From Porphyridium purpureum (Eukaryota): a stretch of 64,000 nt of DNA. The notes beneath the pieces are model-generated. The model saw nothing but the letters and a program-made list of their open reading frames with translations. It made no database searches and was not told the origin of the DNA. The stretch spans positions 1 through 64,000 of the forward strand of contig VRMN01000001.1 of the NCBI GenBank assembly GCA_008690995.1. The letters run 5' to 3'. Each line of letters opens with the position of its first letter. The first letter of the stretch is position 1. The position numbers and the translations under genes were made by a program. Positions 20,577-30,627 of the stretch are shown here, piece by piece.

Positions 20577-23500
20577 CACTCCCGTCGGTCCGTGTTAGCC
20601 TGCGCTAGATTCGCAACCTCAACGCCCAACATGCGTTCACGAAGTGAGCGGAAAGCTTTTCCTTGCAGGGGCTTGGTGTGAGCGTCCGCCACCATCTGCT
20701 CCGTGGGGCAGTACGTCATCTCTATCTCGCCGCATGCAACTCTGTCGCTGACGAAGAAGTGCCTCAGAGCAATGTGTCGGGTCCGCGACGAGTTGGGACG
20801 CCCGTTACGAACTAATTTCATGGTGGCCTCGTTATCTTGGTACAACAGGGTGCTGAGGCACTCCACACCGAGCCCTCGCAGCAACCTCTCGATCCAGAGA
20901 GCTTGACCTATGCAGTCACTGATGGCGACTAGCTCTGCCTCTGTTGAGCTCTTGGACGCGAGACTCTGACGGCTGCTCTTCCCGTACACCGTTCCGCGGC
21001 CCAGGCTGACCATGCAGCCAGAGTGGCTCTTCATGTCGCTGTGCACACCAAAGGACGCGTCAATGAAACAGTGCACGCGCGGCGCTCCGACGCACCCAAG
21101 TGTGAGCCCCAGCTCGCGCGTTCCTTGCAAGTACTGCACAACCCTGCGCAGCTTTTCTCTGTCTTGTTCGGTTGGGGCTTGTACTCGACCCGTCAAGAAT
21201 GATGCCGCGACCAGCAGATCTGGTCTCGCCCTCTTGCTGAGATAAAGAAGTTGACAGGCTGTCGTGTGGAAGGCTCTCGCGGAGGAAGCAGCCAGCAATG
21301 GCGAGTCTTGAACCTGAAACAGGTCGTCCAATGCGGGGGTTTTGCCACCGACCTTACCCAGCACAAATGGCTCGGCCTGCTCAATGATCTTGTCCGCGTA
21401 TGCGGGCATCCTGACGGTAACTTGACCAGGTTGGTTATAGTCAAAAACCATTTGTAAATATTCAATCACACTGCCGCTGCGCATCGTGAGCACTCCGTAC
21501 TCCGGCTCGAGTCCCTTTACCAGTTTGACGATCGCGGCGTCGTTTACAGCCATAATCTTCATGTCGTCCACGTGTAAAGCTAACCAGGTGTCGTCTTCAT
21601 CGCTTCTGAACACGCAATAGTCTACCATGCTTCTTTGGTATCCCAACGCCGCGAGGCTTCGACATAGATGGTCATACCATAACTTTGCGCTCGTCCGGCA
21701 ACCATATAATGCTTTCTTCAAGCGACAGACTAATGTACCTGAAGCAGACAAATGGCTCTGGAGTGTCGGATCAGCGGTCGTCATACACTTCGCCAGCGCC
21801 TTTGCGAACCGAACGAAAACGGGTGGATCACCGCTTGGCATCACTGCATTCAAATACGCACCTGGAAAATCTACACTGGCAACCTTTCTCCCTTGTGTTG
21901 CTGACATGGCAGCAAGCGCAAACAACGACTCAGTAGCGACTGTTGGGGACGACGTATTTGGGTACAACTCCGGATCCTGTCGATCACCCCCAGCAACCAG
22001 TCGAGCTTTCAAGCGCACAAGCTCTCCGGTTTGTGGATCACGTTTCTCCGTCACAAACAAATGCACGGGCAAAACATTGCGCAACTCGTCTTCACTGAGT
22101 CTCCTTGTCACAGGCTCAAACACGTCGTGACCATTGGACCCCAACTGCACGAGCTCGCTCATGACCGATTCAAGTGCAGGCTCGCCATACTCCTGGACTG
22201 CTCTCAACCATGAGACGGTCGGCGCTTTCAAACAGTGCGCTTGGACAAACTCTGTAATTAGAGCTAGCCTAATTCTACGCCTTTTTGCTTCCCCTGCGTA
22301 TGTATTGCACCCGTCACTTCCGCCTTGATCCGCTGCCGTTCTTTTGGTGCTAAGTCCGCCGACAGAAGCCGGTCCAGCCTGTTCACCATGTCCGTCCAGT
22401 ACGTTTTTCGTTGTCATTGTGCAATCTGCGAGATCCCACTCTGCAGGTGCCCCTTCGACCACGCCGACTTGAACAGCCTGACCTTCGCCTAAGACGTCGT
22501 GATCGTCGCTGACCTGGTAGGCAGCAGCACGTTTGTCAAGCGCGTGGATCTGTTCCTGCAGAATGGCCTCTTTTCGAGATAATTCCTCAATTCTTTTCTC
22601 GATTGCTTCGACCCGCACTCCCGGATTTTCCTCTGCGTTTTCTCCCGCTCCTGGATTACGGTTCGGTTGTGATGATTCTACTACTGCTGACGTGCGCGAA
22701 TTCTCCAGAGTTTCTTCATGTTCATTCGCAGAACGCGCTGCACGTGTCTCGCTAAACGCTCCGGCTGACAAGGTCAACCCACTAGCTGTTCGAGTCGCTG
22801 CTGCCCCAGCTGGCTTGCCTGCCTCCCGTCCGGCGGTGTCATGTTTTTCTGCCTCATGCTCATGATCTTCTGTCGTGAGTTCAAGGCGCGCAGTGCCACG
22901 CATGGCGTTAACAGCGGCAACAACCTCTTGTGTAATGACAGTTTTCCTCCACCGTTGTCTGCGCAACTCTTTCTGCGACGCGAGGTTTAGAAAAGCCCAC
23001 GTTCCTTCAACATTGCCTACCGGGTATAGAGCTATACAGCCGGTGGCGCGTGGTGTCATCGTGTTGTCCACCTTGGCATTCATGATGAGAACGTAATCGC
23101 CAAAACCGAGACTCACATCGGCTGTGCTGCTAACTTTTCGCCCGGTCATTCTGGTCCACGGAGTCTCGTCATCTCGCCAACCTGTGCTGCTTGGTACGAT
23201 GTTGGCCCGGTGAGTTACATACTTCATTAGCGCTGGAACCAAGCTGGTCGGCAATGCAAAGGGTAGGCCATGGATGACAGCCCTCGCTATGTCCTTCAGC
23301 GTTCGATTGGCACGCTCCACTGCTGGTACGGCCTCTTTCGCTCCCGTGACATTTGGTAATATGCCGGACCTTTTCATGTCATCAACGATAGCAACAATCC
23401 CCGATTCCGGGTCCGACTTGATGACCCTGATCACCACGTTGTGACCTCGCAAACTGGCAATTTGTTCTTGCAGTGCCCGGCGCAGCTCCCATGACGTCTT

Positions 23501-24394
23501 TGCTCTGATCGCTGTTGTCAGAATGAAGTGCATTGGTTTCACGACAGAAATCAAGAAGGCTTGTCCGCAGAGAAAGTGGATATCCGAATGCATCTCTTGG
23601 TAGACCTCCTCATTTCTTATCGGGACGTAGCCAACTTCCGTAGGCTTGTGTCCAGTTGCCTTTCCTTTGATCGCGGCTTCGCTTGGGCCAAACAATTGTT
23701 CGGCTCTCTCTGCATCCCGCGCGGCCAAATTACAATTTTCAACATCCCCGCGCCTAAGCACTTTTTTCAGCACGTCGAACGAAGGGAATCCCAAGCGACG
23801 TTGTAAGTCGCGCGCTTGTTCTGCCCGGGCTATCTCTTGCTTTGTGAAGGGCGAAGGTTTGCCGCCACTAGGTAACGGTAAAGCTGAACGCTCCATGGAG
23901 TTGTGGCGGCTGTCAGTGGAGAAGCATTTGTGTGCGGGAATGTTGTCAAGATCGTGCGTCAGGCCATTGCAAGGAGCTGCGTATGCGTTTATCTTACCAC
24001 TTACGCAACAGATATCCGCCACATACAGCCCCTGGTCCTGTCTGAAACGCACTTCCTTGTTGTCAACATCCAGAACAACAAACACGTCCCCGGCCATGTC
24101 ATACTTGGTGCCCTTGTCTTCGTTCCTCAGCTTGGCGAATGACAAGATGTTCCCGGCCACTTTCTGCGAGTAGTACACTTCGCCAAATTTGGTGTCGGCA
24201 ATCTCGTCAATAAATATTCCACTTGATCCGGCGTCAATTCCGTGCAGCACGACCTTCCGGTCCGTCTTGCGCACGTTCGTAACCGCCTCACCACTCGAAA
24301 AGATATGCTCCGAAGCCATTGTATCAAGGCCCACTGTGGCCGCTTCCCTGTTTGTCGCCCGGTGGACATACACGTGTCGCAACGGGCCGCTTCC
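20552..24394 (-). CDS. Copia Pol (protease, integrase, RT, RNase H); in frame with gag after a single TGA; stop codon lies inside the 3' LTR
   Basis: LDTMASEHIF, HSDIHF...SDPE...VERANRTLK, VDFPGAYLNA, KKALYG, LHVDDM, FIDASF, SSTEAEL, ADAHTKPL. Confidence 0.93.
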   Translation of the reverse strand, partial: GSGPLRHVYVHRATNREAATVGLDTMASEHIFSSGEAVTNVRKTDRKVVLHGIDAGSSGIFIDEIADTKFGEVYYSQKVAGNILSFAKLRNEDKGTKYDMAGDVFVVLDVDNKEVRFRQDQGLYVADICCVSGKINAYAAPCNGLTHDLDNIPAHKCFSTDSRHNSMERSALPLPSGGKPSPFTKQEIARAEQARDLQRRLGFPSFDVLKKVLRRGDVENCNLAARDAERAEQLFGPSEAAIKGKATGHKPTEVGYVPIRNEEVYQEMHSDIHFLCGQAFLISVVKPMHFILTTAIRAKTSWELRRALQEQIASLRGHNVVIRVIKSDPESGIVAIVDDMKRSGILPNVTGAKEAVPAVERANRTLKDIARAVIHGLPFALPTSLVPALMKYVTHRANIVPSSTGWRDDETPWTRMTGRKVSSTADVSLGFGDYVLIMNAKVDNTMTPRATGCIALYPVGNVEGTWAFLNLASQKELRRQRWRKTVITQEVVAAVNAMRGTARLELTTEDHEHEAEKHDTAGREAGKPAGAAATRTASGLTLSAGAFSETRAARSANEHEETLENSRTSAVVESSQPNRNPGAGENAEENPGVRVEAIEKRIEELSRKEAILQEQIHALDKRAAAYQVSDDHDVLGEGQAVQVGVVEGAPAEWDLADCTMTTKNVLDGHGEQAGPASVGGLSTKRTAADQGGSDGCNTYAGEAKRRRIRLALITEFVQAHCLKAPTVSWLRAVQEYGEPALESVMSELVQLGSNGHDVFEPVTRRLSEDELRNVLPVHLFVTEKRDPQTGELVRLKARLVAGGDRQDPELYPNTSSPTVATESLFALAAMSATQGRKVASVDFPGAYLNAVMPSGDPPVFVRFAKALAKCMTTADPTLQSHLSASGTLVCRLKKALYGCRTSAKLWYDHLCRSLAALGYQRSMVDYCVFRSDEDDTWLALHVDDMKIMAVNDAAIVKLVKGLEPEYGVLTMRSGSVIEYLQMVFDYNQPGQVTVRMPAYADKIIEQAEPFVLGKVGGKTPALDDLFQVQDSPLLAASSARAFHTTACQLLYLSKRARPDLLVAASFLTGRVQAPTEQDREKLRRVVQYLQGTRELGLTLGCVGAPRVHCFIDASFGVHSDMKSHSGCMVSLGRGTVYGKSSRQSLASKSSTEAELVAISDCIGQALWIERLLRGLGVECLSTLLYQDNEATMKLVRNGRPNSSRTRHIALRHFFVSDRVACGEIEMTYCPTEQMVADAHTKPLQGKAFRSLRERMLGVEVANLAQANTDRRECVDVRANG

Positions 24395-25426
24395 TCACTC
24401 GACCGTGCGCTCTTTCTTGAGCTCCAGCTTAAGTTCCTGAAGTTGACGCTGGCACTCGCCAAGTTTTTCTTCCATGGTTCGTGTGTGAGCGTCCCTGGTC
24501 TGGTTCCTTTCCAGTGCCCTCTTCTTCTTCCAGCAGTTCTTCTCCAGGTGTCCCGGGATACCACAAAAATGACACTTCCCCTTGGAACCGCCTACATCAG
24601 CTTTTGCAACCGCAGCTATCGCTTCACCACTTACAGTGGCCGCCTCGATGGCTAACTGGGCTTCATTGGATTGCGCAACTGAAACGGACACATAACCAGG
24701 CGCATACTTGTACGCGGAGACGTACAAAACCACGTCCTGAACGCTTGCAAATTGTCGCTCGGCATTGTGGGCTTGGCGAATTGCCTCTGCGAAGCGCGAC
24801 CGCTCCAACTTATGGAAGAACTCTTCCGCCTGACGCGCTGCACTCATCTCCTCGCCTACAAGGGCGAGAACCATCGCTGCGGCCGCAAACCTGGTTTTGA
24901 AATCATCCAGAGAATCTGCTCCAATTTCTATAGCTTGAAACCGCTCACGTGCAAATGTACGGCAACGATCCACGGATGCGCCATTCGGTGTCAGGTGCAC
25001 CACGACGATTAGATTTTTCAGCTGGAGAGGATCGTTGCGAGATCTTTCAAGCATCTCAAACTGCGGGCGAGCAGAAAGAGCCGCAACGGAAGACGTAGAC
25101 AGCTGTCCGCGCATAATCGCATAGATTCTGGACCTCGCGAGCTCCATATCCGCGCTCCATTTGAGCGCGGTGCTCAACTGTGATTTGGCGATTTCCTTGT
25201 CTCTCCAGTTGTCGGGCTCCTCTGCGTCCGGTAGGGCCGGGCCCTCTGGGTACCTCGCATTATTGAGGTCGAAAATCGCTCCGAGCAACCCAAATTCAAC
25301 AGCTGTGTAGCCTCCAAGCGCACGGAGCCATTCCGTGACTTCCTCGGCCGGCCGCATCTCGGTCGCATCATACCTCAGTAGCGGGAGTCCCTCCGTTACT
25401 CCCTTTTCGCCAATCTTCTTGGCCAT
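24395..25426 (-). CDS. Copia Gag
   Basis: CCHC knuckle CHFCGIPGHLEKNC; located after the 5' LTR. Confidence 0.9.
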   Translation of the reverse strand: MAKKIGEKGVTEGLPLLRYDATEMRPAEEVTEWLRALGGYTAVEFGLLGAIFDLNNARYPEGPALPDAEEPDNWRDKEIAKSQLSTALKWSADMELARSRIYAIMRGQLSTSSVAALSARPQFEMLERSRNDPLQLKNLIVVVHLTPNGASVDRCRTFARERFQAIEIGADSLDDFKTRFAAAAMVLALVGEEMSAARQAEEFFHKLERSRFAEAIRQAHNAERQFASVQDVVLYVSAYKYAPGYVSVSVAQSNEAQLAIEAATVSGEAIAAVAKADVGGSKGKCHFCGIPGHLEKNCWKKKRALERNQTRDAHTRTMEEKLGECQRQLQELKLELKKERTVE

Positions 25427-25552
25427 TTTGTCTGCCGCACGCCGCTCGAACTTCCTGTCAGCGCCGTCGGCCTTGTCCCCCCGTACCCTTGACCGGAGAT
25501 CCTACTTCCGCTCGTACTCTTGACGAAGCGGAGGAAGCGTTGAATGTTTTTG

Positions 25553-25907
25553 TGTTGAAGTACGCCCCCGGCGTAAACCCTGCAAAGTCAAGAAACGGTT
25601 TACTTTGTAATACCACTCGCGTCAAAAACATATTCGCCTACCCAAACGCTACACTCAAAATTTCCACCCTACTCCTTGGCCCTGCAGCATTTTATACCCC
25701 TGTAGCTGCACTGTGGCGGCGGCGCGGAGATGCAAAGCGACAAGGAAACGTCAGTGTGGACTTCTAGAAACGTCGCAAACATACGTGCCCATGGCTCGTG
25801 CTAGCACGCAGGCTCGCACCCGACCGAACACATTAAACAGTCCAAACAGTCCAAGTCGTTGACCCGGATAACCATTCAACCATTAACCATTTGCACGTAC
25901 ATCAACA
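25553..25907 (-). repeat. 5' LTR of the copia element (TATAAAA at 25690-25696, minus strand)
   Basis: Direct repeat of 20222-20576. Confidence 0.95.
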
Positions 25908-26426
25908 CACTCGCGTGGGTACAGTCGCGTGAGGCGAGGGCAGACCGTGTGAAGTTGCCGGTCCCGCTCGTCGGTGGGAAGCGGCGGGCTTGATGTGATG
26001 TGATGTGACTTGACCAGTGTGACGCTGGGCACTGATGTGGCTTGACTCGAATGGGTCAGAGCGCATTACCAAGCACCCGGCGGGCGTCTATAAAGAGGCG
26101 AGGCCGCGCACTCATGGCGGAGTGGAAACAGGCGTAAGAGTAAGGACGATTGGATAGGGACATCTAGATTAAAAAGTTTTGATTTGAGACAGTCGTCTGC
26201 ACACTTTGTGTGTCTCTAGTAGGGGGTACAGTTAGCATCGAGTCGCTAACTTTATTGCTATGAAAGTAGAACGGCGGAGTTCGTCTGCAACGGTTACGAC
26301 GAAATTTGTGGCTCAAAACGGACAGGGGACACTGCGTGGAAGCGAAATATCTCGGACGTCGGCGGTTCAGTGTAAGCGGAAAAGTGCGGATCCATCGCAG
26401 CTCGTAACGAGTTCCATTTTGACTCC

Positions 26427-26833
26427 ATGGGGCGCAATATTGGCCTTACGGGCGAGGAGAAAGGACGTATCCAGGGTCTCCGAAAGTCGGGCAACAGCGT
26501 GAGAGTTATTGCGACCAAAATTGGGCGCTCTAAGAACGTGGTTTTCAGCTATTTGTCGGCTCCAAACGGCTACTGCCAGAAATATACCAATGTGAACGCT
26601 TTAAAGCTGACTGAGGCGGTCAAAACGAAGATTTTTAACATCGCTAAGCTTCCGAACATTCACACGGCACGTCAGGTTCAAGCAGCTCTGCGAATTCGTG
26701 GAGCAAAACCAATCCAAAGCTTGACGACAATCAGGAAGGCAATGAGTGTCACGCATGCATACCGCAAAATTCCAGCTTGTCCGCCACTGACACTCAATCG
26801 CAAGCTCAAGAGGCTGGCCTGGGCCAGGCATCA
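26427..26833 (+). pseudogene. N-terminal half of a Tc1/Tc3-like transposase (different family), truncated by the gypsy B LTR
   Basis: MGRNIGLTGEEKGRIQGL..SG.SVRVIATKIGRSKNVV HTH; PPLT...KLKRLAWARHH; DDE domain absent. Confidence 0.8.
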
Positions 26834-27109
26834 TGTTACCAATGCTGTGCCTTTTTTACTCTGCTTCTTACCTCTTCTCTCTCCGAGCAAGACCTGACCG
26901 GCTAGTCCGGGCAGGCGCGTCGCCTTTTTATACCCTTACTTCCGCCAGGGACAGCAAGGCGCCAAGAGAAATGACAATGCAAATCATTGGCATTTCTGCG
27001 CGTGTCTAGAAGGTTCTGGAACCTCTAGAAGCTTCTAGAAACGGTTAAACGGCTTACCGGTTTCGGATTAACCGAACCGTTCTAGGTGACTGGGGTCGAA
27101 CGGATAACA
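26834..27109 (-). repeat. 3' LTR of gypsy B
   Basis: TGTTA...TAACA; matches 31981-32279 except two indels and a few SNPs. Confidence 0.93.
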
Positions 27110-27228
27110 TCTCCCCCCCTCTTGGCTCGACGTCTCGGCGAGACTTCAAACTAAGTTGCATTCTTGGCTCGAGGAACCCGCGCTCCGGGAGAAAACCTCT
27201 GCCTAGCAAACTTTTGACAATTCCCAAG

Positions 27229-30200
27229 TCATTCAGAGTCAGACTCTTCGATAATTTTCAACAAGTCTGACTCAGAATTGGACGCTGGCAGATCGTCGGG
27301 TACTTCTTCATCATTTTCCCCTGCCATGTAGTCTTCGCGTCCATAGTATGGCTTCAGATGTTGGATCGGAAAAACATCATGACAAGCCACACCCTCGGGC
27401 AAAATCACTCGGTAAGCATGCGAGCTTACCTTCTCAATGACAGGCACCGGACCAAGAAACTTTGGTGCCGCCAAATCACTCTTGTTCGGCCGCAGTTGCG
27501 GCGCCGTGACCAACACTTGATCACCAACTTGAAACTCCCGGGCATCCTTGCTTCGATCGAAGAACTTCTGCATTCTCCCCTGGGCTTCGATCAAATTGTC
27601 GCGGACTTCTTCATGGACTTTGCACAGGCGAAACCAGTGCTCCGCCATGTCCTTCGTTTGTCCGTCACGCGCAGGCCTCCACCCTTCGCTCGGTGGAAAC
27701 CAAGGATCCCTTCCATACACCACTTTGAACGGCGCGAATCCAGTGGCACTGCTTGGTGCGGAGTTGTACGCAAACTCGTACAACGGCAAGTCTCGCACCC
27801 AGCCACTATTCGTCGCCATCAACTTGAGCATTTCCCGAATCACGCGGTTCACTCGCTCAGTTTGGCCATCTGTCTGCGGGTGGTTGGCGGTAGACATAGC
27901 CAACTTCATGCCCACCCGCTTGCTCAACTGCTGCCAAAACGTGGACGTAAACAGCGGATCTCGGTCCGACACAATCGACTTGGGGTATCCGAAACGGCTC
28001 ACGACGTGCTTCACGAACAAGTCAGCACAACGTTTTGCTGTCAAGTCCTTGCGCGTCGGGATAAACAGCGCCATCTTCGAATAGCGATCCACCACAGTCA
28101 TGATTGCATCACAGCTGCCTTCGCTCCGAGGCAGCTCCGTCACCAAGTCCATCGAAATGTCGACCCAAGGTCCTTCTGGGATCGACAAGGGCTTCAGCTT
28201 TCCAAACGACCGATTCTCAGACTTTGTCACTTGGCATGCGTGACAAGTCTTCACAAAACGGCTCACGTCTCGCTTCATCTTTGGCCAGTAGAAGCGAGTG
28301 ATCAAAGATGCATACGTCGTGTCGGCTCCACGGTGTCCTGCTGTCGGGATATCGTGGTGGAGCTGCATGACACGCTCTCTGAACTTCCTCGGCACGCAAA
28401 CGCGATTCCTCAAGTACAAGAGCCCAGCTTCGGTTCGAAAGCCTTGGTGGGTCGGTAAATCCCCCATCAAAGCACCAAAGTCTGGGTCACTCGAGTACGA
28501 ACCCACGAATGCCTGGAACCCCGCACCAAATTCATCACACCGAACTTGGTACTCTAGCGCATGCAACTCTGGCTTTCTCGACAAAGCGTCGGCCACCACG
28601 TTCGACTTTCCCTTCACATAGTCGATTGTGATATCAAACTCGGCTAAAAAGTCCAACCACCGTGCTTGCCGGCCATTCAGCTCCTTCTGCGTCATCAAAT
28701 GTTTCAACGCCTCATGATCTGTATGAAGCACAAACTTTGCCCCGTACAGATAAGGTCGAAACTCTCGCAGACAGTGAATGACGGCCATGAGCTCACCTTC
28801 ATAGCTGCTGTACCTGGTCTCTCGGTCCAGCAGCTTCCTTGACGTAAACGCGACCGGTCTGCCTTCCTGTGCCAGCCATTCCCCCACCGCGACTTCGGAG
28901 CGGTCCGTGTACACCTCAAATGGCTTTTCAGGGTCTGGCAAGGCCAACACCGGCGCTTCCGTCAACATCCCCACAATCTTCTTGAAGGCCGACTTGCCTT
29001 CATCTCCCAGTTCGATCAGCTGCTTCTTCGACTTTGTGTTCTGCAACAGCGAAGTCAGCGGCGCCACGACGGTAGAGTATCCTTTAACAAACCTCCGAAA
29101 CCAGTTTGTCATTCCCAAAAAGGATCTCAACTCCGTCACCGTCTTTGGCACTGGCCAATCTCTCAAAGCTTCCACCTTCCGTGGATCCATCTTCACGCAA
29201 CCGTTGCCGACAATGTTCCCCAGGTATTCGACTTCAGAAACGAAGAAGCTGCACTTCTTGCGCTTCAACCGATACCCCGCCTTTTGCAAGCGCGACAACA
29301 CTTCCTTCAGGACCTCGCCGTGCGACTGCCTATCCTTGGTAAAGACCAAAATATCGTCCAAGTAGACAATGACGGTCTTGTCCAGCAGATCTGCAAACAG
29401 CTCGTTCATGGCCCTCTGAAAAGTTGCCGGCGCGTTGCAAAGACCAAACGGCATCACACGGAACTCGAACTGTCCGTACCTGGTCTGGAACGCGGTCTTC
29501 GGCACGTCCTCTCTCCGAACACGCAACTGGTGGTATCCCGATGCCAAGTCCAACTTTGAGAAACAGTGAGCTGCTCCCAGTCGATCCAGCAACTCATCCA
29601 TGTTCGGCAACGGATACCGGTCCTTCACAGTCGCGTCGTTCAACGCCCGATAATCGACGCACATCCTCATGCTGCCGTCTTTCTTCTTCACGAACAGCAC
29701 GGGTGCTCCAAACGGGCTCTGACTCGGCTGGACGAATCCCTTATCCAGCAAGTCATCCAAAGTCTCTCGGAGGACTTTCAACTCCGCAGGGCTCAGTCGG
29801 TAGACCCTGCCCACTCTCACAGGCTTCTCATCTTTCAGCCTAATCACATGCTCCACTGTTCGGCTCTCAGGCAGCCCTCGCGGCTCCTCGAACAGACTTT
29901 CGAAATCTTTGAGCATCTTCTTCACAGAGTCATCTCCTTTGCGCTCCACTGAACAGGGCTCCTCCCTTCCTTTCAGCACGCCGAGGTAGCACTCTTCTAC
30001 CTCCTGACTCTTCAACAGCCGACGGAGCTCTTTCCGTGGCACCAGCATCTGCGTCATGCTCCAGGCCTTCTTCTCTCCGTAGGCCAACATGCCAGACTGC
30101 CAATCAATCACTGGGTTCTCCCGCTTCAGCCACTCCATGCCCAAGATTGCGTCTTGTCCCGCAATCCGGCAAATGGCAAAGTTAGCGGCCCCTGAGTACC

Positions 30201-30627
30201 CATCGCTCAGTTCAAACTTGACATTGGAAACTTCTCCGGCTGTTTCCAATACAGACCCATCCGCTAGGGTCACATGATCTCTCTTCCACGACGCCTTCTG
30301 CTTCAGGCCGTCGGATTTCAGCACAAAGTCCACGCTCATGAAGTTGTCCGTCGCGCCACTGTCAATCAAAAACGTGGCCTCTCCGTCGGACTTGTGCACT
30401 TTTCCTCGAACTCGAAGAAGCATGGCAGCTCCCATCCCTCCAAGTTCCTTGATCACGGGCTGATTTGCGCTCGAGTTTCGCCCACAAGGTTTCGGACAGC
30501 CAGACCTTGGCTTACCAAGGCCACCACAGCGGTCTTCATTGCCGCCCCTAGAGGTCTCGTAACGTCTGCGAGCCTCCTTTCCCTCTGACTGTCCGAGGAA
30601 CCTTTTTACTCGAGCTCCTCGTTTTTT
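27229..30627 (-). CDS. Gypsy B Pol, in the -1 frame relative to gag
   Basis: LIDSGATDNF, VYLDDIL, TDHEAL, HHCC, ISMDLV...SDRD...QTERVNR. Confidence 0.95.
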   Translation of the reverse strand, partial: KKRGARVKRFLGQSEGKEARRRYETSRGGNEDRCGGLGKPRSGCPKPCGRNSSANQPVIKELGGMGAAMLLRVRGKVHKSDGEATFLIDSGATDNFMSVDFVLKSDGLKQKASWKRDHVTLADGSVLETAGEVSNVKFELSDGYSGAANFAICRIAGQDAILGMEWLKRENPVIDWQSGMLAYGEKKAWSMTQMLVPRKELRRLLKSQEVEECYLGVLKGREEPCSVERKGDDSVKKMLKDFESLFEEPRGLPESRTVEHVIRLKDEKPVRVGRVYRLSPAELKVLRETLDDLLDKGFVQPSQSPFGAPVLFVKKKDGSMRMCVDYRALNDATVKDRYPLPNMDELLDRLGAAHCFSKLDLASGYHQLRVRREDVPKTAFQTRYGQFEFRVMPFGLCNAPATFQRAMNELFADLLDKTVIVYLDDILVFTKDRQSHGEVLKEVLSRLQKAGYRLKRKKCSFFVSEVEYLGNIVGNGCVKMDPRKVEALRDWPVPKTVTELRSFLGMTNWFRRFVKGYSTVVAPLTSLLQNTKSKKQLIELGDEGKSAFKKIVGMLTEAPVLALPDPEKPFEVYTDRSEVAVGEWLAQEGRPVAFTSRKLLDRETRYSSYEGELMAVIHCLREFRPYLYGAKFVLHTDHEALKHLMTQKELNGRQARWLDFLAEFDITIDYVKGKSNVVADALSRKPELHALEYQVRCDEFGAGFQAFVGSYSSDPDFGALMGDLPTHQGFRTEAGLLYLRNRVCVPRKFRERVMQLHHDIPTAGHRGADTTYASLITRFYWPKMKRDVSRFVKTCHACQVTKSENRSFGKLKPLSIPEGPWVDISMDLVTELPRSEGSCDAIMTVVDRYSKMALFIPTRKDLTAKRCADLFVKHVVSRFGYPKSIVSDRDPLFTSTFWQQLSKRVGMKLAMSTANHPQTDGQTERVNRVIREMLKLMATNSGWVRDLPLYEFAYNSAPSSATGFAPFKVVYGRDPWFPPSEGWRPARDGQTKDMAEHWFRLCKVHEEVRDNLIEAQGRMQKFFDRSKDAREFQVGDQVLVTAPQLRPNKSDLAAPKFLGPVPVIEKVSSHAYRVILPEGVACHDVFPIQHLKPYYGREDYMAGENDEEVPDDLPASNSESDLLKIIEESDSE

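Larger units (their letters stand above)
20222..25907 (-). mobile_element. Full-length Ty1/copia LTR retrotransposon, recent insertion
   Basis: Two apparently identical 355-bp LTRs (TGTTG...CAACA); TSD CACTC (20217-20221 and 25908-25912); domain order PR-IN-RT-RH. Confidence 0.96.

Noticed and set aside
20577..20581. Third CACTC next to the inner LTR edge, suggesting longer LTRs
   Set aside because: It is part of the polypurine-tract-like GGGAGTG; the TG...CA termini and outer TSD define 355-bp LTRs.
26195..26222. Helitron-like 3' end (hairpin plus CTAG-T)
   Set aside because: The hairpin is weak and too close to CTAG; no 5' TC end or Rep/helicase remnant found.
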